NCBI GenBank assembly: GCA_004431415.1
Contig: QPMI01000642.1
Location: 99,275 to 163,274 of the forward strand
Length of the DNA: 64,000 bases
From: Cyanophora paradoxa CCMP329
Lineage: Eukaryota; Plantae; Glaucophyta
Direction: 5' to 3'
The notes below the pieces were generated by a model. It was not told the origin of the DNA. It saw nothing but the letters and a program-made list of their open reading frames with translations, and ran no database searches. Position 1 is the first letter of the stretch. Every line of letters begins with the position of its first letter. This document shows positions 24,613-39,000 of the stretch, one piece after another. A program made the position numbers and the translations under genes.

Positions 24613-25631
24613 CGCCGATACCAAAGCACGCGGCCCGGCGGCTTCGAATTCGAATCTCCTGCGGACATCCTTTCGTTCTTAGAACACATCCGTCGATATC
24701 GCAGAACGCGCGCAAAACAGCCTCAGACAGTCCTAGCCTAGTACTGTAGCTATAGTAGACTTTGAGAGCAGCATGTACAGTTAGGACACTTTCGTGCAGT
24801 TTTAGAAGTTAGCGTTTATAAGAAAGCTATTCTTTACGTGCATCTAATAGTCATGCAGACTCGCAATGCCTTGCAGCTTGCATTTGCATTATCATGATCG
24901 GCCGCTTTCGGTCGGCGGCCCGGCCCTGCGGGATGCGGCCTACGATTTCCTCCGGACATCTTTCTCCTATCATGATCATCTGCCTAAACTCGCCCGAATC
25001 GTCCTGTATGGCCTCGTTGGCCTGGCTTTAGGCTATCGCTAGCGCTGCGGACCTTTCGCCAGCCTTGCAGGCCCTCGCCCCACGTGCACTGCGCCGGTTC
25101 TGAAAGCTAATATAAGCTTAAGGGAGTACAGCGTCGGTTCGAGATCGGTGGCGTGATCAGCGGAGAGACGATGGGCGGTCGATCGAAGCTAAAGAGACGA
25201 AGAAGATGAGGAGACGATATCGATATTGTAGCTATAGATCGGGAACCACGTTCCGAGCTCGAGCTCGACGCGATCGCGACTCCGAGGCTCAGAGCTAAAG
25301 ATGATGATGCTAATTTATAGTGGGAATGTCGACTCGGCCGGGCGAGTCGAATTCGAAGAATGGCCAGTACTAGTGCGCATGCGATCGCGCGGGCATGCGG
25401 GTGTCCGGGGGAGAGGCGTCAACAAGGGGAGGCCCTGAGGACCGGGGAGAGGGGCGGGAACGCGGGCCGGGCCGGGGAGGGAGGGGGTGGAGAAGGGGGA
25501 AGAGGGGTGGCCGGGGCCGGAGGCCCGGACATGCTGGGGGACGAGGCGGTGGGACCCGAAGGTTCGGGGGGTGGGGGGGAGGGGGGGAGGGGAAAGGGGG
25601 GGGAGGGAGACGGTGGCAGGTGAATTGTGCG

Positions 25632-25665
<34 letters not shown>

Positions 25666-27967
25666 CGGGCAAACTGCAACTTGGCAAATTGTCAGAATTC
25701 GAAGGAGGAGCCTCGGAGGCCTAGGCCTAGGGTGGGACTTCGTGACCCGGGGAAGGGGGGGGGGGGAGGGCGGGCGGGGGAAGGAGGCGGGGCGATGAGG
25801 GGAGAACACACCATAAGAACACACCCCTGATTCACTAGTATAGCTCGGGCGGGCCAAAGTGCCTCGATGGCCATGCCATGATGGACAAGGCGAAGGGGGG
25901 GGGGGGGGGGGGACCCGGTCCGATGTCTGAAAGGCTTGTTCCCGTAGGCTCATCTCTCGACTCGACACAGATGGACACATCAGCTCTATCCTTAGCCATT
26001 TGTCTTGGTGTGTGCGAATTCAGAAGCTCTACGGGGGGGGGAGAGAGAAAGGGGGGAAGGGAGGGGTGCAGGCCTAGGGACGGGCGGACCACGGCGCGCG
26101 ATCGCGAGGGTACTGGAAACTTAAAGCCCCCGTCGCACCGTAAACCCGGCGGCCGGCCGGCGCCCCGGCCCGCCGGCCCGGCACGGCGGCCGCGGCCGCG
26201 GGGGACTCCGGGCCGGGAATGCCCGGGGCGGGAATATTAATCCCGCGACTCACTAGCTTCTTTTTTTTCACAAAGCCCATATCAAGGGCGGTGGCGAGTG
26301 TATTTGTCCAGTGACATCATCGTACGCACTACCGGTTCGGACTGGGCCGAACTCTGGGTCAGAGCATAACCTGAGGCCGGAACACAGGGATAGGCGCTTC
26401 GACGCTACGGCTGAGCGTTTCTCTTGTAGGGGAAGCGTGGGAGGGGGTCGTAGGTGTGAGTGTAAGTGTGGGAGTCGTGGCGCCGTGGGGGCCAGGCTTA
26501 TCAGTCACGGAAGAACGGGGCGGGGAGGGAGGGGGGGAGGGGGGCGGCGCGGGCTAGGGTAGCGGGCGCGCCCCCCGATTTTTATTGCGTGCGGGGCCTG
26601 CGCCCCCGCCACGCCCCTCTGTCCCCCGACCCTACTAGGGCGCCCACCCCGCCCGCCACCGCCCGTCCCCGCGGCACACCCGATAAAGCCCCTACCCGGC
26701 CCACACTCACCCCGCGACTCACTAGCTATATATATATAAGCGAGTCCCTGCGGAGCAGGAGTGGCCTTGGGTCTTGGGGCTTCAAGGCGTGAGGGTGGCA
26801 GCTCTTTGTTTTTAAACGGGGGCCCGCAACCGCGCGCGGTTACGGGGGAGGGGGGAGGAGAAACAGGGGGGTCCACTTGGCAAGCTTAAGGGTACACACT
26901 CAAGTGTAAGGGTACAGAATTGTGCCGCAAGGGTACAGAAGTCGATGCGGGGTCCAATCGGCCGCAGTTGTACCCAGCACAGGCCCCGAGGGGCCCATTG
27001 GTCGTTTCAGCTGAATAAAAACGACTTTTCGGCGCTCTTTGGATCGAGGTGGTTGATAATAATCTACGAATCATTTGAATGTAATTCGCAGTAATAAGGC
27101 TCTGTCTAAATTGTTTATTTCAATTAGCTTTGAATCAACGCATCAAATAAATCTAATTCCCACATCGTGGCACACTGCGACCCTGTCTCATACAAATTTG
27201 CTGGCCATGGCCAGCAACGTGGCGCTCCGTTAATTTGGAAATTATTTCCTAGCGAATGGAGTGCGGTCTCTTGAAATTAATAATTTTCAAATTTCGACTT
27301 GGAAGGCCAATGTGATTTGCGCTTTCTATTTTTTTCCGGGAAAATGCTTTTCTGTGCTTTTCGAGGTGCTGTTACTGCCCATTAGAGACCTCTCATAGGA
27401 AAACGGGCCCGGCCATCCGAGTCGCGTTCCCCAGGGTCGAAAATGGGGTAGTAGATCTGTTCATTTATGCGAATTTCGCTTTTTGAAATCCGTCACATCA
27501 AACCAACAGACCTAAGGGCCTCTCCTTTCCCCAAGGCCGATAGTACTGAGTAAATCCAGCCGCAATTGCAAAAGTTTATCCCACATGTACATGTACGTAT
27601 ACGTATATATATACAGTGTTCCGCTGCATGCGCACACATTCCGCTCCGGAATCCAGCTGCAGCTACTAGGCTAGCGCTGATCATGAGGACCAGTTCTCAT
27701 GATCAATTATCATAGTATATTGCAAAACTACTATAAACGTACGAATATCCGCCGCGCAAAACGAATATCCCGGGTCCGCCGTTTTCAAGAAGCTTAATTA
27801 CTAAGTCAAGTACCTCGTTGGTACTGCTAGCAGGCTCTCACCCGCTCTTCTGTCAGTGGGGGTCATGATCACTGGGGGTCCACTGGGGGACCACTGGGGG
27901 TACTACGGTACCTGTTCAACGGTTGGTACTGCATTACTAGTTAGCAGGCTCTTAGTACTACGGTAGC

Positions 27968-28506
27968 TAGGGGTGGGCGTAGTGGGTGTCCGACCCCACT
28001 GAGTCAGTGGCCCCCTCCCACTGGCACCCCACTCAGTGGCGCCAGTGGGAGGGGGGTACTTCTGACTCTGCAGCGAAAAACGACCTAAACTAATTTTTAT
28101 AAGCAAAAAAGCGCCGAGCTTCATGATCAAGGCTTCTAGGCGCTTTCCGCCTTCGATTTTTACTACAGCGAGTTCGGCACCCGTCGGACCCTTCGCCGAG
28201 GAAGGTGTGTAACTTTTTCGCGAAGGTTTAATTTTCAACTCCCGGCGATGCGATAATCGCACCGAATATGGAGAAGATCGGCTCAAAAATGCGAAAATCC
28301 ACACGATGAGCTCGGATCAGGTCGATCTGGCGACATGAGCCTACCCCCACCCCCGCATTTTCCGTCGTTTGTATGGCACTGGGTTTTGTATATATATGTA
28401 GTGGCAAAAATCCCCACTGGGGCCACTGAGTGAGTCCAGTGGCAGGGTCCCACTGGCCACTGGCCCGTGGCCCAGTGGCGCCACTGTCACAGTGTGCCCA
28501 GCCCTA
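27968..28506. mobile_element. hAT-like MITE
   Basis: Termini TAGGGGTGGGC...GCCCAGCCCTA. Degenerate 8-bp TSD ACGGTAGC/ACGGTACT. Subterminal CCACTG/CAGTGG motifs. Confidence 0.6.
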
Positions 28507-28898
28507 ACGGTACTACTGTTACGGTAGCACCGTAAGTCCGTAGCACCTTCAAAGGCTTGCCCGCTCTTCTGGAATCTGGCCATGGACTCTGGGTCGGAGA
28601 CGGGATTCGGAGTCTAACCAGCTACTAGCTATAGTACTAGCTATAGGCTAGCGCCTGTGCCACGGTGATCAATGATGATGTACGATGTGTGGATCAGGGA
28701 TTCAGGGTGCCACGGTGATCGATTATAAGCTTAATTAAGTACCTCGTAGGTACTACTAGCAGGCTCTCACCCGCTCTTATGTCGGTGGGGGTACCGGTTA
28801 TCCGCGCCGTTGGTACTGCTAGGCAGTGCTAGCCGCTGAGCACTGCGGCTAGCTACCAGCAGCCTACCACTGCCTATTATATTGCTAGTTATTTGCTA

Positions 28899-29160
28899 CC
28901 GTGTGGCACTATAATACCGCGCCCACTTAATTACCGCGGTACCAAATTACCGCACCGAGAATTTGTTAAAACGCGGTAATTTGGTACCGCGGTAATAAGC
29001 TGCAGCCAAGTTGCTCCATACAGTACCCCCCACAATTACCGCCCCATACAAGCCTCGAGTTTTTAAAAACGCGGTAATTTGGTACCGCGGTAATTTTGTT
29101 CTAATGGCGGGCCGGAGTTAAACGCGGTAATTAGCGCCGCGGTAATTTCGTGCCACACGG
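28899..29160. mobile_element. Tc1/mariner-like MITE
   Basis: TA|CCGTGTGGCAC...GTGCCACACGG|TA, i.e. a TIR with a TA TSD. Internal AATTACCGCGGTACC motifs occur in both orientations. Confidence 0.7.
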
Positions 29161-29323
29161 TACTAGGCAGTCTAGGCTAGCTATAGGCCATAGCACACTC
29201 AGTGACTGTGACAGGCTACCGTAGTACCGGACCGTCGGACCGTACGCGTAGATCTAGACAACTTGCACTGCGGCAAATCATTGAATGCAGCAGCGGCATG
29301 GGCCCGGCCTCCCTTGGGCGAAT

Positions 29324-29807
29324 TAGGCTTGCGGCTAGCCGCTAGCGGGGTCCCGGGCCGGCTCCGAGGCTCGAGCCAAGCCTAGCCAGCCCGAAAAGCG
29401 GCTCGAGCGGCTAGCTAGTTGGGCTAGCCAGCCTAGCCTCGGCCGCTTTTCGCCGTCCCTAGCCGGCTAGCTAGTTGGCTATAGCTAGCTTCCTTCCCCC
29501 CCCATTTCAAGTTCCGCCCCCCCTCCGCTGGCCGACCTATAGCTAGCGCTAGCCCTGTTGGGCTAGTCCCTCCATGGCCAGCTCAGCCAGCTAGCTGGCG
29601 GCTGGGCCAGGCTCCCGGCTCGCCCCTCCGGCTGGGCTAGCGCTAGCTATAGCCCCTCAGGCTAGCCAGCCGGCTAGCCTCGCCCCGCGCTAGCCGGGCT
29701 TGCGAGCCGGCTCGCCATTCCCAAACGGCGGCTCGAGCCGCCCGCCAAAGTCGACGTCCGCTAGCCTAGCCGGCTTGCTAGTAGGCTAGGCTCGAGCCGC
29801 AAGCCTA
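29324..29807. mobile_element. TIR element (hAT-like ends) rich in GGCTAGCC motifs
   Basis: 13-bp TIR TAGGCTTGCGGCT...AGCCGCAAGCCTA. TSD not preserved. Confidence 0.55.
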
Positions 29808-30095
29808 GTCAAAATTTTCGGTCCACTAATTTCGGACTACGTATACGCTCTACGTACCGTACGCTCTACGGTAGTACGTATACGTGCCGGCTATATATAC
29901 GTAACGTATACGTACAGCTCGTATACGTAACGTATACGTAGTACGTACAGCTCGCGGCTACTATACTAGGCTAAAAGAATTTACACATTGCCACCGGTAC
30001 CTGTGTGACACCGTGGCACGTGCACCAGCTCGCTGCTCGACTTGGCCGCGGGTCACGCGCAATTGCAAGCTCGTTGATCAGTATTAGTTTCGAAG

Positions 30096-33000
30096 ATGGC
30101 CAAACGCGCAACACCGGCCAAGTGTTGGGCCAACGCTGACTGCTCGGAAACCCCGGCGCGAACGATCGACAAGTGCGCGCATGTGACACTGACTCAGTGA
30201 TCATGAGCGGCACGGCGCGATAATCGTGATTCACGATCATCCGGCTGCAGCTCCAAACTGATATCAATCGCGCAGGAGCGGTCTTGTGTCTGACATTTGC
30301 TCGAAATCCACGCACATTGCCGGGATTCAGCGCATGCCCCCCGGGTCGACTGGGAGTGGCACGTGCGTTCCAGCCAAGCTGCTTTGTTACACTTCGACGT
30401 ACGTCCTTTAGGACTAGATCTACTTCAATCACATGCCTAGAGGCTCATGATCATGCGCCGCTGCGCGTATGTTTAATCTGCGCATGCCCGATCAGCGATT
30501 GCTCCGGGACCTACTCTCTGGGAAAAGACCCTGCTTCGGGAAGCTTTGTCAGTCAGTAGTGCGTATATATATGTCTTTGTTTCTTGGATATCACGATCAG
30601 CATTATCAGGAGCACTGATGATACTTATATGCCATGATGCACCAGCCAACCGGAGACGATGTCCGACGCCGAAGCCTTCGCTCGCTGCCCTGTGCGGCTC
30701 TTAACTTTCTGTTGCATCAGATCTCGTATGTTCAGAGCACCTATCATAGTATAAATGACTTGAATCTGTCGTGCGGCGCAGGCCGGCACTTGGAGCTTCA
30801 AGAACGGCGACAGCGCCGTGTGCCACGCCGCTCATCCGTTCATCGAATGCTACAAGAGCCTCGATTGCTCCATGGCCGGCTCGGATCCGGAGTCGGAGCG
30901 CACCTACGTCCTGGGAAACGACCCACCGTGCGACACTGCCTTTCATGCAATAATCCCGCTTCAGCATGGTCGTAATCTGATCGTACATATGCGTGCACGG
31001 GGTATATATACATGTGCAGTTCAAAATGTCCCGACTCAGCGAATTCGTTCACGAAAGGCGGCGATACGACATGCAAGCCAGCCAACCTGCTCTGTTTCGG
31101 CGACTAGTGAGCCCTCGCATTTGCAATTGGCGTCAATTTCCAATAAACTCTGACCACCGCGGCTGACAGCAAATGCGGCGGCACGCCCTCGATTGGCAAA
31201 GACGCCGCGGGCAACGCCGTCGATTTTTAGTGCGTTTCCTTTTTCGATCGCGCACGTCCTTGCAATTGTCTCGAGCAGCAGTGCGCTCGCTAATGTAGTT
31301 GGATGCACATGTGGCCACTTTTCTAGATCTTAAAATCGCCTTAGGGGCGGCGCCGGCCCAGCTGGCGGCGGAATGCGAAGTCCTTCACATATGAATACCT
31401 GATCCTCGAGTTGCGCAGCCAGCCGGAGGGGGTCTCGGACGAGGAAGCCTGGGCCCGCTGTCCGGTGCGTAAACTTGCATATACGTATCGATATCCGCGG
31501 CATTGAAATTGCTATCCTTTGCACGCACGCCGTACATCGATCTTTAATTTTTTGCCTTGCGTATGCATATGAATGTTCTAATTACAAGCCGGTTTTCAGG
31601 GCGGCACGCTCTCTGTCCGGGACGCCGGTTCGAACGAGTGTCGCGCAAATGACGTGCATGAGGGCATTGCCTGGTGCTTTGATTTCCCGTAATCACTGCC
31701 TGTGCTGTGATGCCTTCAAATATGTCTTCAAATATCTATCGCTTTGGTCCTTCGCAGCTTTTCCGATTCGTACTGTAACTCGACCCCAACTTGGGCGTTC
31801 GACGAGTCCAAGTGCCCGGCCGGCACTGTAGCCGTGCGCTTTCCAGACGTCGACCTCCCAGTATTCGTAATTATATAATGTCTGATCATGATCATGATTC
31901 CAACTGTCTGCAGACTAGCGGCAAAATCGTCGATGATTTGGGCAATCTGACGATGGGGAAGTGCGCTGCGACCAGCCTTACCTGGCAAGTCTAAGCCCGG
32001 CGTCCAAATGGCAAGCCGAATGACTCTCGTGCTGAGGCTCGAGCTCGCGATCGGCTGGCGCAGTTTTTGGACCGCTAACTGCGTGGGCCCCACCAAAGTC
32101 ACGAGCTTCGAGAAGTAGTGCGCGCGTTCCGAATCCTATCGCTCGGTTGCTTTTCTCGCAATCGACATAGAGGCCGCTGCTGCGTTCACTTTGGCTGGCG
32201 GCGCAACGCCGTAACGGGAAAGACCTTCAACTTCGAATTCGGTTCCTGATCCTCAGGATGCGCAGCCAGCCGGAGGGGGTCTCGGACGAGGAGGCCTGGG
32301 CCCGCTGTCCGGTGCGTATACGCAGCTGCAGCATTACAATTGCAATTGCCGCAGTGCTTTGGGCTCCAGTGCATTGCATTTGAATGCTCTAATTTTCCGT
32401 TGGGTTTCAGGCCGGTACGATCGCTGTCAAGGAAGCCGGTTCGACCGAGTGCCGCACAGACGGCGTGCATGGGGGCACTGCCTGGTGCCCATGCTTGTGT
32501 TCATGTCTCATTATTTCTCCTTATCGCTGCCCTGTTATCTAATGCCTTCTGATATTTATCGTGTCGGTTTCGCGCAGCTTTAATGATCGGAACTGTAGCA
32601 AGACTCCCGGGAGTCCAACATGGGTGTTCGACAGGTCCAAGTGCCCAGCTGGCACTATGGCCGTACGCGTGCGCAATTTGCAAACATATACACACCAAGC
32701 ATGGCTCTGTAGAGATATCTGCAGCTGCCATCAACATGCATTGTACACACGTACGCAATTCAGGTCGCGTCGAAGGAAACTTTGGGGCAATGCGCGCCGG
32801 CAAAGCTTACTTGGTCAGCCTAGTATGCCGACTGGCGGACTCCTGCGCGCTGAGGTTGGCTCCGCGCAGCTACTCGAGCACCGATTGCCGGGGTGAAGGC
32901 ACGGCCACAAGCTTCGAGAAGTAGTGCGCTCGAGCTCGCGATCCCTTCTCTTAATCTTGCAACTGCGCATGAATGGCCCCTTCAAGGCTTTTCTTGCGAT

Positions 33001-36000
33001 ACACATCGTCATAGGGGCTGCTTCAGCAGCTGTGTTAAAAGTTCACCCCTGGCGGAGCAATGGGCACGACCTTCAATTTCCTGATCCTCGGGTTGCGCAG
33101 CCAGCCGGAGGGGGTCTCGGACGAGGAGGCCTGGGCCCGCTGCCCGGTGCGTTTACGCAGCTGCAGCATTAATTTCAATTGCCGCAGTGATTTGGGTTCC
33201 AGTGCATTGTATTTGGATGATCTAATTTTCCGTTGGGTTTCAGGCCGGTACGATCGCTGTCAAGGAAGCCGGTTCGACCGAGTGTCGCACAAACGGCGTG
33301 CATGGGGGCACTGCCTGGTGCCCATGCTTGTGTTCATGTTTCATGATATCTCCTTATCGCTGCCCTGTTATCTAATGCCTTCCGATATCTATCGTTTCGG
33401 TTTCCCGCAGCTTTATTGATCGGTACTGTAGCAAGACTCCAACATGGGTGTTCGACAAGTCCAAGTGTCCGGCTGGCACTATGGCCGTGCGCAATTTGCA
33501 AACATATACATATTAAGCATGGCTTTGTATAGATTTCTGCAGCTGCCATCAATATGTACACATGTACGCATTTCAGGTCAAGTCGAAGGAGTCTTGGGGG
33601 CGATGCGCGCCGGCAAAGCTTACTTGGTCAGCCTAGTATGCCGACTGGCGGACTCCTGCGCGCTGAGGTTGGCTCCGCGCAGCTATTCGAGCACCGATTG
33701 CCGGGGTGAAGGCACGGCCACAAGCTTCGAGAAGTAGTGCGCTCGAGCTCGCGATCCCTTCTCTTAATCTTGCAACTGCGCATGAATGGCCCCTTCAAGG
33801 CTTTTCTTGCGATACACATCGTCATAGGGGCTGCTTCAGCAGCTGTGTTAAAAGTTCACCCCTGGCGGAGCAATGGGCACGACCTTCAATTTCCTGATCC
33901 TCGGGTTGCGCAGCCAGCCGGAGGGGGTCTCGGACGAGGAGGCCTGGGCCCGCTGCCCGGTGCGTTTACGCAGCTGCAGCATTAATTTCAATTGCCGCAG
34001 TGATTTGGGTTCCAGTGCATTGTATTTGGATGATCTAATTTTCCGTTGGGTTTCAGGCCGGTACGATCGCTGTCAAGGAAGCCGGTTCGACCGAGTGCCG
34101 CACGAACGGCGTGCATGGGGGCACTGCCTGGTGCCCATGCTTGTGTTCATGTTTCATGATATCTCCTTATCGCTGCCCTGTTATCTAATGCCTTAAGCTT
34201 ACGATATCTATCGTTTCGGTTTCCCGCAGCTTTAATGATCGGAACTGTAGCAAGACTCCAACATTGGTGTTCGACAAGTCCAAGTGTCCGGCTGGCACTA
34301 TGTCCGTGCGCAATTTGCAAACATATACACACCAAGCATGGCTCTGTAGAGATATCTGCAGCTGCCATCAACATGAACGCACGTACGCGTACGCATTTCA
34401 GGTCAGGTCGAAGGAAACTGGGGGGCAATGCGCGCCGGCAAAGCTTACTTGGTCAGCCTAGTATGCCGACTGGCGGACTCCTGCGCGCTGAGGTTGGCTC
34501 CGCGCAGCTACTCGGGCATCTATTGCCGGGGTGAAGGCACGACCACAAGCTTCGAGAAGTAGTGCGCTCGAGCTCGCGATCCCTTCTCTTCAGCTTGCAA
34601 CTGCGCATGAATGGCCCCTTCAAGGCTTTTCTTGCGATACACATCGTCATAGGGGCTGCTTCAGCAGCTGTGTTAAAAGTTCACCCCTGGCGGAGCAATG
34701 GGCACGACCTTCAATTTCCTGATCCTCGGGTTGCGCAGCCAGCCGGAGGGGGTCTCGGACGAGGAGGCCTGGGCCCGCTGCCCGGTGCGTTTACGCAGCT
34801 GCAGCATTAATTTCAATTGCCGCAGTGATTTGGGTTCCAGTGCATTGTATTTGGATGATCTAATTTTCCGTTGGGTTTCAGGCCGGTACGATCGCTGTCA
34901 AGGAAGCCGGTTCATCCGAGTGCCGCTCAAACGGCGTGCACGGGGGCATTGCCTGGTGCCCATGCTTGTGTTCATGTTTCATGATATCTCCTTATCGCTG
35001 CCCTGTTATCTAATGCCTTAAGCTTACGATATCTATCGTTTCGGTTTCCCGCAGCTTTAATGATCGGAACTGTAGCAAGACTCCAACATGGGTGTTCGAC
35101 AAGTCCAAGTGTCCGGCTGGTACTATGGCCGTGCGCAATTTGCAAACATAAATTAAACATACCAAGCATGGCTCTTTAGAGATATCTGCAGCTGCCATCA
35201 ACATGTACACACGTACGCATTTCAGGTCGAGTCGAAGGAAACTTGGTGGCAATGCGCGCCGGCAAAGCTTACTTGGTCAGCCTAGTATGCCGACTGGCGG
35301 ACTCCTGCGCGCTGAGGTTGGCTCCGCGCAGCTACTCGAGCACCGATTGCCGGGGTGAAGGCACGGCCACAAGCTTCGAGAAGTAGTGCGCTCGAGCTCG
35401 CGATCCCTTCTCTTAATCTTGCAACTGCGCATGAATGGCCCCTTCAAGGCTTTTCTTGCGATACACATCGTCATAGGGGCTGCTTCAGCAGCTGTGTTAA
35501 AAGTTCACCCCTGGCGGAGCAATGGGCACGACCTTCAATTTCCTGATCCTCGGGTTGCGCAGCCAGCCGGAGGGAGTCTCGGACGAGGAGGCCTGGGCCC
35601 GCTGCCCGGTGCGTTTACGCAGCTGCAGCATTAATTTCAATTGCCGCAGTGATTTGGGCTCCAGTGCATTGTATTTGGATGATCTAATTTTCCGTTGGGT
35701 TTCAGGCCGGTACGATCGCTGTCAAGGAAGCCGGTTCGACCGAGTGTCGCACAAACGGCGTGCATGGGGGCACTGCCTGGTGCCCATGCTTGTGTTCATG
35801 TTTCATGATATCTCCTTATCGCTGCCCTGTTATTTTATGCCTTACGATATCTATCGTGTCGGTTCTCCGTGTACGTAGCTATGAGGATTGGAACTGTAGC
35901 AAGCCTCCAACATGGGTGTTCGACAAGTCCAAGTGTCCGGCCGGAACTACGGCCGTGCGTGTTTTGCAAATGAACATATATATATACCAAGCTTAAGCCT

Positions 36001-39000
36001 GGATCTGTATATATATATATATCTGCCATCAATTCGCGTTTCAGATCAAGTCAAACGACGTTAATCGGGGGTGGTGCACTCCGAACAAGCTTGTCTGGCA
36101 AGCCCGGAATGGCTATCCGATTGTGAACGATCGCGACTCTCATGCTGAGGCTGGGCCTGCACAGCTTTCCGGATAGATACTGCTCGGACGCCGCCACGGT
36201 CACGAGCTTCGAGAAGTAGTGCGCTCGCTCCTATATATATCGCGTGGTTGCTTTTCTTGCAATAGCCATTAGGGGCTGCTGCTGCATCAACCGTCAACGT
36301 TCACCCCCTGGCGGCGCAATGGGCGCAACCACAAACTTCCTGATTTTTGAGTTGCGCAGCCAACCGGAGGGGGTCTCGGACGAGGATGCCTGGGCCCGCT
36401 GCCCGGTGCGTCTACGCAGCATTTATATTGCTTGCTTTCAAGGCTTTGCGCGCACTCCATAGGCATATATCCCTGGGTTCCAGTGCATTGCATGTTGATG
36501 TTCTTATTTTCTGTTGGCCCTGGATTTCGAATTCAGGTCCGTACGATCGCTGTCAAGGAAGCCGGCTCGACCGAGTGCCGCACAAACGGCGTGCATGGGG
36601 GCACTGCCTGGTGCTCTGATTCCCTAATTTCACTGCCCAGTGCTCACATGCGCATGTCCTGGTCCTGCGCAGCTTTTCCACTCCGACATGTAGTAGCGAG
36701 ACTGCGCATGCAACTTGGGTGTTCGACAAGTCAAAGTGCCCGGTCAACACTGTCGCCGTGCGCGTTATGCGAGCACTCAATGCCAAGCACGGCCACGTAA
36801 AATGCTTCCTACATCCCGCGCCGCAGATCAAGTCAAAGGATGTGAATTCGGGGCAGTGCACTCCAAACAAGCTTGTCTGGCAAGCCCGGCATGGCTATCC
36901 GAACGCGTACGGCTCATTCGCTAAAGCTCGGCTTGCGCAGCTTCTCAAACGCGAACTGCTCGGGTGCCGCCACGGTCACGAGCTTCGAGAAGTAGTGCGC
37001 TCGCTCCTATCGCGTGGTCGCTCTTCTCGCAATTGCCATAGGTTCTGCTGCTGCGTTAGCCGTTAACGTCTCCCCCCGCGGCCGGCTGGCGACGCCACGG
37101 GAAAGACCTTCAACTTCGAATTCGGTTCCTGATCCTCGGGATGCGCAGCCAGCCGGAGGGGGTCTCGGACGAGGAGGCCTGGGCCCGCTGTCCGGTGCGC
37201 GTTCCCGTCAATCGATTTCTTGTCGTAGGATCGATATCCGGATCCGGAGGTACTGTTGTTAAGCTTGCTGTTGTTTTTGGATTGTACAGGGCGGTACTGT
37301 TTCGATTCAGGAAGCTGGCTCGGTCTGCAGCTCAAAATTGTATTCTGGGGTTGCCTGGTTCGTGGGTTTAGGGCTGCCGGTGCTCTGATTCCCTAATTTC
37401 ACTGCCCAGTGCTCACATGCGCATGTCCTGGTCCGGATCCTGCGCAGCTTTTCCACTCCGACATGTAGTAGCTCGACTTCGGCGACTTGGGTGTTCGACA
37501 AGTCAAAATGCCCCGCCGACACTGTCGCCGTGCGCATTATGCCATGCGAACACTTAATGCCGATTGCAAGCACGACCAATCACGAAGTTTTATCCGCACC
37601 ACGACAAATGCTTTCTTCATCCCGCAGATCAAGTCGAAGGATATAAATTCGGGAGAGTGCACTCCGAACAAGCTTGTCTGGCAAGCCGGCGCCCGGCATG
37701 GCTATCCGAACGCGTACGGCTCATGCGCTAAAGCTCGGCCTGCGCAGCTTCTCAAACGCGAACTGCTCGGGTGCCGCAACGGTCACGAGCTTCGAGAAGT
37801 AGTGCGCTCGCTCCTATCGCGTGGTCGCTCTTCTCGCACTCGCCATAGGTTCTGCTGCTACGTTAGCCGTTAACGTCTCCCCCCGCGGCCGGCTGGCGAC
37901 GCCACGGGAAAGACGTTCAACTTCGAATTCGGTTCCTGATCCTCGGGTTGCGCAGCCAGCCGGAAGGGGTCTCGGACGAGGAGGCCTGGGCCCGCTGCCC
38001 GGTACGTCTTTAAGTGCTCTCTTTAAATGTTTCTTGGCTCTCTATAGCTTGATTTCGATTTGCGATGCCTTCGAAATTCCGTTCAGTAAACGGCTGATTG
38101 AGGTTTTCATCGATGTATACGTTTACCCTCGTTTTAGGAGGGCACACGATCCGTCAAGGAAGCGCATTCAGGTGATTGCAAAAAAGACATCCATTTCGGC
38201 ACTTACTGGTAACTTTTAGTAATCATATAATCAGCACTTTCATTCATATAGGATCCGCATTAATCCGGAATCCTTCCCACACCATCGCGATCGTGCAGCT
38301 TCTCCAATCCAAACTGCGGAGGCTTCCCTAACTGGGTGTTCGACGCGTCACAGTGCCCGGCAGAGAGTGCTGCTGTGCGAGCCGCGGCCTGCTTTTTCGT
38401 TTCCCGACCGCTGCCCTGATCTCATGATCTCATTATCGCCCTTTCGTTTCGCATTCGATTCTTGCAGATAATCAAGCGAGGCGTGCCCGATGGCACATGC
38501 ACGAGCACCAAACTCACGTGGTATATATATATATATGCCCCATCCACTTTTGCCGTTCCGAGATATCGATACGCCGTGCACAGCTTCTCGAACGGCGACT
38601 GCTCCGGGAAGTCTGCAACAGGCAAAGACCCCGCTTCGGGCAACCCCGTCACTGAGTAGTGCGCAATCACTCGGGCCCCGTGGGCTAATCGATGAACTCG
38701 GGAGGACTTTGCACGGCTTAAGATAGAGCGGGAATATCCGTGAAGTACCAAGGCAAGAGATGCATCAGATCGGCCATCGGGTGCACGTGCACGTGTAGCT
38801 AATTATAATCATACAACACAAAGCTGTCCGATCGAACTGCATGCCCCTTGGCCTAGTACTGATCACAAGCGCACTACCACAGCCAACCGGAATCGATGTC
38901 CGACGCGGATGCGTTCGCCCGCTGCCCTGTGCGGCGTCTTTTTCCGCTCTCTACGTGCAGCTATTTATATAAACCCTCCCTCATTGCTCTTTTGCATTAC

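Noticed and set aside
25620-25670. Long poly-G tracts (also ~43500-43670) as G-quadruplex regulatory elements
   Set aside because: They are low-complexity, homopolymer lengths are unreliable, and nothing indicates function.
32266-35930. DGR-type adenine-specific mutagenesis as the source of the variable codons
   Set aside because: Changes include T/G, C/T and G/T, not only A-to-N. No template repeat or reverse transcriptase is present in the window.
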